Positions 56,498-64,000 of a stretch of 64,000 nucleotides of DNA are shown here, piece after piece (position 1 is the first letter of the stretch; the number at the start of each line of letters is the position of its first letter). A model generated the notes under the pieces. That model did no database searches. It saw only the letters and a list, made by a program, of their open reading frames with translations, and was not told the DNA's origin. The stretch lies in the IMG/VR virus record IMGVR_UViG_3300029914_000006; one strand, written 5' to 3'. The position numbers were made by a program, and so were the translations under genes. The DNA is from an uncultured virus (IMG/VR IMGVR_UViG_3300029914_000006). Taxonomy: Duplodnaviria > Heunggongvirae > Uroviricota > Caudoviricetes.

Positions 56498-57458
56498 ATA
56501 CCTCCGGAAAATTCAGGATTGCTTTACCGCCATAAATGCGGAGCGCCTCTCTATCTCGCGTTAAAGCCGCATCAATAGGATTCACAAAACGTCCTAGTTG
56601 CTTAGTTTTTCCGTTCTCCGTGACTGTGGCAAAATATATATTCCTGCTTTTATCTAACGACACCCCGCGATAACCAGACTTATTTGTGGACAGCATCCGC
56701 TTTTGTTTGTGGCGAGAACTGTCAATCCATGAAGTGTCGGTTTCGTCTGGAAAATTAGGTCGGGCGAATTCCCCGAAGTATTTACGCGCGGCATCGTCGT
56801 AAGCGAGAGCAGCGCCTTCAGGCGTCTTAAAGACACCAAGATACATTGGTTTCCCGTTGACGGTTATGATGGCAATGTACACCTTTCCTTCGGGGTACAA
56901 TCGCTCTGAAATCCCTTTATATCCATGCCATGCGTGGCAACGCGATTTAGCATTTTGCGTATTTTCCCGTGCCGATGCTGGCCTCAAATTTCTGCGCCTA
57001 TTATCAAGGCCATCGCCGTTCCTATGATCCCCCATTTTCTCGCCAGGGGAATCAACTATGAAGCGGTGCATGGCTATGCACATACGCTTTCCGTTGACTG
57101 TGACTTTGGTGACCGGGTAGATCCCCTTGCGAGTTGTCGTCGCATTGGCGCTAAACGACATCAACATGAGGCGGTCGTATTCGCAGGCATCTACGGTTGC
57201 GTAATAGCCCCTCGTGAGCGGAATCTTACGACAGATATCTCCATCGACCACGTAGGTTGATTCATCTACTGGAGGCTTGAGGCTAGCTTCCTTGCAGGCG
57301 CGGCAGCGGGTCGAGCGTTGCTCTTTTAGGCCTCCGCAGTCCGGGCAAGTGGAGTAAGATGCGGCGCGCCCATCGTAAGCAAAATTCTGTTTGACGGGAG
57401 GGGTATACGATGTAAAATCGATGGGTGGCTGGGCCACCTGCTCAAGCAGGTCTGACAT
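56487..57458 (-). CDS. HNH endonuclease with two AP2 domains
   Basis: IPLTRG, MHRFI..DHRNGDGLDNRRRNLR, two (GY.G..LG.F..AAL..D..F/Y.NFP) units. Confidence 0.92.
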   Translation of the reverse strand: MSDLLEQVAQPPIDFTSYTPPVKQNFAYDGRAASYSTCPDCGGLKEQRSTRCRACKEASLKPPVDESTYVVDGDICRKIPLTRGYYATVDACEYDRLMLMSFSANATTTRKGIYPVTKVTVNGKRMCIAMHRFIVDSPGEKMGDHRNGDGLDNRRRNLRPASARENTQNAKSRCHAWHGYKGISERLYPEGKVYIAIITVNGKPMYLGVFKTPEGAALAYDDAARKYFGEFARPNFPDETDTSWIDSSRHKQKRMLSTNKSGYRGVSLDKSRNIYFATVTENGKTKQLGRFVNPIDAALTRDREALRIYGGKAILNFPEVFSA

Positions 57459-57530
57459 GGAATCCTCCGTGAAAGGATTTCGTGCGGGCCTAGCCGCACT
57501 TCAGAGTATTATATCAGAAGGAGATAACCC

Positions 57531-57827
57531 ATGGCGAGTATTCAGCAGTTCCACGGCGAGACGAAGAAGTGCCATTGCGGCATCGCAGACAACCCGATCA
57601 TCGGCAGCGACAAGGGGTGCGTTCATTGCAAGAACAGGGGCTTCCTTGCATCCTGTAAGGCGTGTGATGGAACGGGATCATTTGTGGCGCAGATGGCCGG
57701 CGGCCCAGGATCTATGTCGTCAACATGTATTCCATGCGGAGGCACAGGTACCTACGGCGTGAATCGCCCGGCGGACTGGGCTGATGAGCCAGTCTCGAAT
57801 GAGACTCCCGAAGCAGTAACGGCCTAA
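57531..57827 (+). CDS. DnaJ-type zinc-finger small protein
   Basis: CKACDGTG and CIPCGGTG. Confidence 0.75.
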   Translation: MASIQQFHGETKKCHCGIADNPIIGSDKGCVHCKNRGFLASCKACDGTGSFVAQMAGGPGSMSSTCIPCGGTGTYGVNRPADWADEPVSNETPEAVTA

Positions 57828-57839
57828 TTGGAGGCACCA

Positions 57840-60674
57840 GTGAAGCGGATCGTCTTGTTCGTCGCTATTGCGCTGTCATCCCTTGGGGCGGCAGCGCAGA
57901 CATGTACGCCGGGGTACGGAGTCACTTGCACTCCTAACCTGAATATGATGCTTCCGCCTTACAACTACCTCAACTGGAACGTGCCGATGAATATGAATTT
58001 CACTATTCTCGACACGTTCTCGGCTACTTTGCCGAAGCTGAACATGATGAATACGTGGACGGCTACGCAGACGTTCCCGAACTTGGTTATCAGTTCCCTG
58101 GCCCCAGGGACGGGATCGATCTGTCCGAATGGTCCTGGTGGGTCACTGACGCAACTAGGGTGCTCTGGAGGCGGCGGTGGAGGGGGTACGACGACCTTTC
58201 CTCTGACGATCAACAACAGCGGATCTGGTGCGGCCAGCGGATCCACGTTCAACGGCGGTGTCGGCGTGACGATCAGCTACAACTCCATCGGGGCATCTCC
58301 GGTATGGACGCTTACCACGACCGGGACGAGCGGAGCCGCGACCTACTCGGGCGGGGTATTGAACATCCCACAGTACGCTTTCACGCAGGTCTATCCTCCT
58401 GCCGGTGTTGCGGTGTCCAATGGTTCGGCGTGGCAGACTGCCTATTTTAATACTCCATCGGCGAACCTCATGAATTCCGCCGTTGGAGCAACTACGGCAC
58501 TTACGTATTCTGGGGGCCAAGACTCCGCTGCGGGTTCTAGCAATCTCGGCGGGGTTGTCGTGCGCGGGGCGAACAACACAGGATCGACAGGATCAGGAGA
58601 TGCTGGTGGAGCGTATATCCGAGGCGGTGACAATAGTTCGACGACAACTACATCACAGTCTGGAAGCGTAGAGATTGAACCTGGATTCAGCACGGCGGGT
58701 GGCCAGCAAGGAGTTTTGATCTTTGGCCAAGCATTCACCGAGGGAACGGGTTCCTTCATGCAGTGGGGCTTAGTCTGTGCATCTTTGACGCTTCCCCAAG
58801 TGGCCGATCAATGCTCTGCGAGTCCGTCCAACTTTCTTGGAGTGGAGGACTTTCACTCTGGATCATTCGTACAAGTTCATACGCCTCCTTCAATGAGTCC
58901 TATTCAAGCAAGTGCGGCAGTCACCTTGGGGCATACCGTTTGCGCAGGAACAACGCAGAGCATGGTAACGGATAGTGGAGGACAGGGAGCTTGCACCACT
59001 GGAATTACGGTCGGGCAGGTGATTGCAGTATCCGGTCAATTGACCTTAGCAGATGGATCAAGTGCTGCACTAAGTACCACTCTCCCACTCGTGCAGATGT
59101 GGACTACCGGATCGACTGGAATTGGAGATTTGACGGCAGGAAACTCTATTGGAACATCGGGAATCAAAGTTCCATTGCTCTCGACACAAAACACTTGGAC
59201 AACCCACCAATTCAGCGGAGGGATGTGGCAAGCGAACGGAGTAGGCCCGGCTCTCGACGCAACGGATGGAACCAAGATCCTGTACACGACCGGAGCGGGT
59301 TGGGTTGCCGTAGGAGCATCGGACACGCTTCATTTTGGAAGTGGGAACCTGACGGCAGGAGGGTTGCCCTCGGTAGACTTTGGAGGGTTCGATGCTACGG
59401 GACACTTCTCACTGACCACAGTTGCGTCTAGCACATCGCCGATCTGCCCAAATGGAACCGGAGGGGCATTAACAACTACGGGATGCGCAACAGGTGGTAC
59501 GGCAAATGGGGTGCAAGGATCGGCCTCCACGACAAACGTACTCGTCCAAGGTGGCCAGGATGCATCCAGTTCCTCTGTCCTAGGTGGAATCACGGTGCGC
59601 GGCGCAAATAACTCTGGGACTGGCGGCGGAGGTAATGCAGGTATTGGGCCGGGGTCTGGCCCTACGCCCGGATTGTTTGAAGAGTGGCAGACATTCACTT
59701 CGGGCGGATCCACTGCATGGACTCTTCAATGCTACACGAGTACCACAACCATGACGGTTGCGGATTGCACTTCGGCCATCCCTTACAATTTCGTTGGTGT
59801 AGCTACTTCGACGGCGACTAATGGAACCCCCGTAATGGTGGCCATGGGGTTTAGCATTGTACCCATCAACGCAACCGCAGCGGTAGCAGTTGGGCAGGTT
59901 GTGTGTGCGAGCGGGACAGCGGGAAAAGTTACCGGGGTTACCGCTGGGTCTGTGTGTTCAAGCGGGCTTGGCATTGGGCGTGTAGTGCAAGCTGCCTCCA
60001 CGCCGACGTATGGTTCGTACCCTGACGGTTCTTCGTTGCCGACAATCAGCACCACGCTTCCACTTGTGCTACTTCAGCCCAACTACACTGGTCCCTATTG
60101 GCAAGGTGCCGTTGGTTCGAGTGCGATACCAAAAGCGTCCACCGGAGGGGCCCTTGTGGCTTCGTCGATCACTGACTTAGGAATTGACGTAGTTACCACC
60201 GAGCCACTCTACTCAGTGAACGGTAACCAGCTCACAGGTACAAGTGCCACTTCCATTGCAACCTTGACTTACACGACAACTGGAATCGCATTTCCTCCGA
60301 CCTATGCCACAGCATCCCGGTTGTATCGTGGTCAGTGCCATGTCTCTTGGGAACAGGCTACCGGCATCGCCACAGTTAAGTTTGGCATCGGGACAAGCGT
60401 AGCGCCGACACACCTTTCTCTGACCTCGGTCAGTTACCCCGGAACAACATCCGTTCCTTTCGGAACAGGAACGACCGATACCACCACGATTACTACGACC
60501 GATGCCACTGGGTTCTTGACCCCCGCAGGGACAGCGACTGCCTACGTGACTGACATCTATGTGACCGCTAGTTTCACCGCTGCGGCGAATACGGTTACGC
60601 TTTACGGCCAGACCAGCAATACGTCTGATGCCCTACTGATCGAGCCGGGAACGTTCTGCACTTGGATTCCGTGA
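57840..60674 (+). CDS. Tail fibre-like protein with signal peptide and a duplicated Cys-paired domain
   Basis: GGAGG RBS before GTG; (M)KRIVLFVAIALSSLGAAAQ; TPNLN..LP..W..MNMNFTILD attachment-type motif; Gly/Thr/Ser-rich. Confidence 0.75.
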   Translation: MKRIVLFVAIALSSLGAAAQTCTPGYGVTCTPNLNMMLPPYNYLNWNVPMNMNFTILDTFSATLPKLNMMNTWTATQTFPNLVISSLAPGTGSICPNGPGGSLTQLGCSGGGGGGGTTTFPLTINNSGSGAASGSTFNGGVGVTISYNSIGASPVWTLTTTGTSGAATYSGGVLNIPQYAFTQVYPPAGVAVSNGSAWQTAYFNTPSANLMNSAVGATTALTYSGGQDSAAGSSNLGGVVVRGANNTGSTGSGDAGGAYIRGGDNSSTTTTSQSGSVEIEPGFSTAGGQQGVLIFGQAFTEGTGSFMQWGLVCASLTLPQVADQCSASPSNFLGVEDFHSGSFVQVHTPPSMSPIQASAAVTLGHTVCAGTTQSMVTDSGGQGACTTGITVGQVIAVSGQLTLADGSSAALSTTLPLVQMWTTGSTGIGDLTAGNSIGTSGIKVPLLSTQNTWTTHQFSGGMWQANGVGPALDATDGTKILYTTGAGWVAVGASDTLHFGSGNLTAGGLPSVDFGGFDATGHFSLTTVASSTSPICPNGTGGALTTTGCATGGTANGVQGSASTTNVLVQGGQDASSSSVLGGITVRGANNSGTGGGGNAGIGPGSGPTPGLFEEWQTFTSGGSTAWTLQCYTSTTTMTVADCTSAIPYNFVGVATSTATNGTPVMVAMGFSIVPINATAAVAVGQVVCASGTAGKVTGVTAGSVCSSGLGIGRVVQAASTPTYGSYPDGSSLPTISTTLPLVLLQPNYTGPYWQGAVGSSAIPKASTGGALVASSITDLGIDVVTTEPLYSVNGNQLTGTSATSIATLTYTTTGIAFPPTYATASRLYRGQCHVSWEQATGIATVKFGIGTSVAPTHLSLTSVSYPGTTSVPFGTGTTDTTTITTTDATGFLTPAGTATAYVTDIYVTASFTAAANTVTLYGQTSNTSDALLIEPGTFCTWIP

Positions 60675-60681
60675 GGAGAAT

Positions 60682-61839
60682 ATGGCTACAGTCGGCGTAG
60701 GATACAGAACGGCCGGAGACGTGCTTTTCGAGATATCGATGCACCTTGCCCAGCCGTGCGTCTACACGAGCCTTTCCTCTCCTGTTACTGCTGGCGCCGG
60801 TGTAACCGCCACGGTATCGAATACCTACGCGATGTATCCTGGCGCGCTGCTCATCGTGGAGTTGCCGGGCAATACCGCGCAGGAAGTAGTCACAGTTCTG
60901 ACGGTGCCAACGCCCACGACCTTCACAGCCAATTTCTCCAACAGCCACCTTGCCGCTGCGCCGGTATGGGGAGCCACTTTCCCGACTCAACAGGCGACCG
61001 ATCCTATCTTCACGCAGTCAGAGATGCTTTCGTATCTATCGAGGGCGCAGAACGAATTTCTGACGGCTGTGCCGTGCTTTTATGAACGGTTCTTCCAGGA
61101 CGTTAACCTGGGGATGATCTATCAGGCGACCCCTCCTACGGCGATTTTGATCGATCGCATCGCGGCATCCTTCCTTAATATTCCGATTACGACCATGACG
61201 CGGATGAACAACGTGGTCACGCTGACCGCGGTGGGTCCGACGGGGCTGTCGCAGTACGGAACGTTCGCAGTAGCCAACACCAGCGGCGATTTGACGGACA
61301 CGTCATTCCTCGGCGTCTTCGCGGTTTCCACTTCCAGCGTCGGTTCTGGCTTTGGCGGCGGCGGATACGGTGGAGGAGGATACGGAGGCGGGAGTTCGAT
61401 CACCTATCCCCAAGCTGGCCCAGATGCTACGGCCACAGGTGGCACTGTCCAGTCTATGTTGAGACTGTACGAGACGACGCAGCAGGAACTGGCCATGGCC
61501 AACCGGAACTGGCAGGTGAACTACGTCGGCCCGTTGCAGAGTTGGTTCGAGGACCGCGCCGGGCTGTATCGATGGGGAGTGGGCGGGCTTCCGTCGTCGA
61601 ACTTTCCTGTAGAGCTACTTTGTGCCGTGCGAGATTCTGACACGTTGGGAATGATGGACGGGTTTCTCGTGCCGGATGTTTGCCTGCATGGGGTACGCTA
61701 CCTAGCCCTTTCGTATATTTGGAGCAAGGACGGTGTGGCCTCTCAGCCGCAGATGGCAGAATTCTGCCTCAAGCGCTATGCTCAAGTTGTCATGGCGACT
61801 CAGCGGTACATCCAAGCGATGAAGATGGGGAGCAAGTAA
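60682..61839 (+). CDS. Tail/adaptor structural protein
   Basis: FTQSEMLSYLSRAQNEF and LVPDVCLHGVRYLALS adaptor-type motifs. Confidence 0.6.
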   Translation: MATVGVGYRTAGDVLFEISMHLAQPCVYTSLSSPVTAGAGVTATVSNTYAMYPGALLIVELPGNTAQEVVTVLTVPTPTTFTANFSNSHLAAAPVWGATFPTQQATDPIFTQSEMLSYLSRAQNEFLTAVPCFYERFFQDVNLGMIYQATPPTAILIDRIAASFLNIPITTMTRMNNVVTLTAVGPTGLSQYGTFAVANTSGDLTDTSFLGVFAVSTSSVGSGFGGGGYGGGGYGGGSSITYPQAGPDATATGGTVQSMLRLYETTQQELAMANRNWQVNYVGPLQSWFEDRAGLYRWGVGGLPSSNFPVELLCAVRDSDTLGMMDGFLVPDVCLHGVRYLALSYIWSKDGVASQPQMAEFCLKRYAQVVMATQRYIQAMKMGSK

Positions 61840-62352
61840 ATGTCCACCTCCCGCCCCAATGCCGCTTCCGTCACTCCCGCAGCCACGCCGATACCAATTC
61901 AGCGCGTCCAGTTCACATCTGAGGACTTCTCGACGAACACCAACCGATTCAATGTGACAATGAACCAACTCATCGGCGCAGTGCAGGCCCTACAGGGCGC
62001 AGGTGGGGCCACGGTTCTCCCGTCAGGCGTGAACGTTGCCGGATCTACCGTGACCGGGCTGGCATCACCTACAGGACCGACTGACGCCATTTCGGCTGGT
62101 CATGCACAGTCTCAGTACGGAGCGTCCGCAATCGGACCCGACTTAGACCTGGGCGGGTCTCATGCCCTCAAAGGTCTATCTTCGCTTCAGTTAAACCAGA
62201 ACTCTCTAAGCGGGGCCTTGGCAGCAATTCAGGCAACACTGGCGACCGGGGTAAGCGGAACAGTGACTTTGATCAAACTCACCGGAGGCGGCGCGAACGG
62301 ATCGCTTACCTTCGTCGGGGGATTGATTACGGCGTACGTCGCTCCGACCTAA
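61840..62352 (+). CDS. Small tail protein
   Basis: VTGLASPT..TDA; C-terminal NGSLTFVGGLIT. Confidence 0.6.
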   Translation: MSTSRPNAASVTPAATPIPIQRVQFTSEDFSTNTNRFNVTMNQLIGAVQALQGAGGATVLPSGVNVAGSTVTGLASPTGPTDAISAGHAQSQYGASAIGPDLDLGGSHALKGLSSLQLNQNSLSGALAAIQATLATGVSGTVTLIKLTGGGANGSLTFVGGLITAYVAPT

Positions 62353-62406
62353 ACGCTTGTGTAGAATGGAAGGCAAGGTCTCATATTCTGACTCTGGCAG
62401 GGTGCA

Positions 62407-64000
62407 ATGTCACAAGACACCGACTACAAACCCGTATCGCTGGTATACAAGTCGCGCGGCCTGGTTGCAAGAAACGTGTACGATCAGTGCCCAGAATATA
62501 CCTATATTGACTATCTCAATGTCTATGAACGAGAAGAAAATAGCACCAGCAGCAGGTATGGAACGCAGGTAGTGAATCGCGATGCCATAGGTGTTGGCAC
62601 ATCTAACCACTACTTTTCGTCCCCAGTCACGTCTCTGTCCCGCATGAACTACCAGAGCAACGCATGGCGGTATGCTGGCCTCGGCGACGGATCTTTGTGG
62701 CGCCGGGCCGGGAATGCGCAGGGCGCGTACACTGAGTTGACCCTTCCGAACACATGGTACGGAACGCCTGTGACTCTTTCCGGGCAACCGTTTGGATCCT
62801 TAGTCAATAGCTGTTTTGAGACGAGCCAGCCATTTCTGTTCATGTACGATCAGAACGCCAGCATTAAGGACCAGGGAACAGGATCTCCCCAACTTACAGG
62901 CATTGACCCGTCGCCGTACACTCTCAACGTTACGCCATATGCCCCTCTACTTATCATGATCGATAGTTTCGCGTCGTCGAACACCTACACTACAGCGAAT
63001 GTTACTGGGTGGGCGTGGAGCTCGTATGAGACTTTGACTGTAGTTGCTGGAAACATGGTCACTGATTTCAGCCAGTTCTATCCCTCGGCGGCTAGCGGAT
63101 CCACTTACAATCCATCGACTACCACGAATACGGCAACATCGTCACAGGGGGTGAAGGGTACAAAGGTAGTCACATCTCCTGCGAATTCTGGATTCCCGTC
63201 AATTGTACCGCCCCCGGGAGATGTGGTAACGCTCAACGTTGCCATAAATGGATCGATATCGATTACCGGAGGATCGGCAAACGGAGAAATAGATTTTCAG
63301 TACAGCATAGACTCTGGAGTCACATGGAACTATCTATATGAATTTGACTCTTATTCGAGCGCCGTTATACCTCCGCAGAACGCCTTCGTGGTAGTTTCTG
63401 TAGCTAACATCAATACCATACAGACCAGGATAGTTTGCACATCTTACGTAGTTTCCTCGGGCAGTTCGTCTACCACAACAGGAAACATAACAAATATATT
63501 CCTAACTGTAGCTCCTCCGTTTTTTAGCGCAGTTCAGAATGGAATGATTGCAATTCTGAACTCAAACACAAGCATCAGCATCCCGATAGTAAGCTCCGTA
63601 TCGTCCAGCCTTTCAGGTGGTAGGTATACGCAACTTCTGGTGACAACTCAGTCAGCGCATGGATTGTCTTCCGGAAGTATGATTTCGATATATTCCTCAT
63701 CGAATGACCTTATAGATGGATTCTATGCGGTCATAGCAACTCCTACATCCACTACGTTCACTGTGGCGTTTTTGTCAGTGGATCAAATTGGAGCTACGGG
63801 AGGATTTGTATATGGAGGAGCGGCGGCTCCATCGGCTTGCGTTCTTAGCGATCAGTATAATCTTCCGTACCCGCAGCAAGTTTCAGCATATGGGTTCTAT
63901 CAGTATGTCCCTCCGACAACGACTTCTTTACCTGTTTCATATCGCGGGGGAACCGTCGCGGCAAGTACTACGGGGACAGTTTCCAAAACCGTGTCGATGG
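62407..64000 (+). CDS. Large tail protein, partial (runs off the window)
   Basis: Begins MSQDTDYKPVSLVYKSRGL. The frame is open in the portions I translated; Ser/Thr-rich. Confidence 0.7.
   Translation, partial: MSQDTDYKPVSLVYKSRGLVARNVYDQCPEYTYIDYLNVYEREENSTSSRYGTQVVNRDAIGVGTSNHYFSSPVTSLSRMNYQSNAWRYAGLGDGSLWRRAGNAQGAYTELTLPNTWYGTPVTLSGQPFGSLVNSCFETSQPFLFMYDQNASIKDQGTGSPQLTGIDPSPYTLNVTPYAPLLIMIDSFASSNTYTTANVTGWAWSSYETLTVVAGNMVTDFSQFYPSAASGSTYNPSTTTNTATSSQGVKGTKVVTSPANSGFPSIVPPPGDVVTLNVAINGSISITGGSANGEIDFQYSIDSGVTWNYLYEFDSYSSAVIPPQNAFVVVSVANINTIQTRIVCTSYVVSSGSSSTTTGNITNIFLTVAPPFFSAVQNGMIAILNSNTSISIPIVSSVSSSLSGGRYTQLLVTTQSAHGLSSGSMISIYSSSNDLIDGFYAVIATPTSTTFTVAFLSVDQIGATGGFVYGGAAAPSACVLSDQYNLPYPQQVSAYGFYQYVPPTTTSLPVSYRGGTVAASTTGTVSKTVSM

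Larger units (their letters stand above)
38054..64000. mobile_element. Phage B: partial genome of a second, distinct tailed phage
   Basis: Second, dissimilar set of lysin, terminase, portal, scaffold and capsid genes. Confidence 0.9.

Noticed and set aside
1..64000. Stop-codon reassignment
   Set aside because: Core genes are full length in the standard code and end in TAA, TAG and TGA.

Overview
The window is entirely phage DNA and contains two different phages. Phage A (1-38053) looks like a complete, circularly permuted genome of 37,926 bp with a P22-like virion module (terminase, portal, scaffold, coat, head-tail proteins, ejection proteins, fibre and tailspike). It also has a leftward lambdoid-type replication/recombination operon (O-like initiator, DnaB, RusA, YqaJ exonuclease, ERF), a GH24 lysis cassette and four HNH endonucleases. 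I could not recognise an integrase or repressor. Bases 1-127 recur exactly at 37927-38053 inside a gene shared by both phages, and the sequence then continues into phage B, so the join is probably an assembly chimera. Phage B (about 38054-64000, partial) carries a GH108 lysin, a tRNA(CAT), a short rep-like gene, and its own terminase, portal, capsid and tail genes. The most unusual signals are: (1) three fibre/tailspike proteins across both phages that start with Sec-type signal peptides and contain paired cysteines; (2) a roughly 540-nt structured noncoding RNA candidate where a lambdoid immunity region would sit; (3) anti-Shine-Dalgarno loop/pseudoknot leaders on both replication genes; (4) repeated linker motifs bounding small early genes; and (5) several apparently leaderless genes. 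All family calls come from motif recognition by eye; no database search was run.
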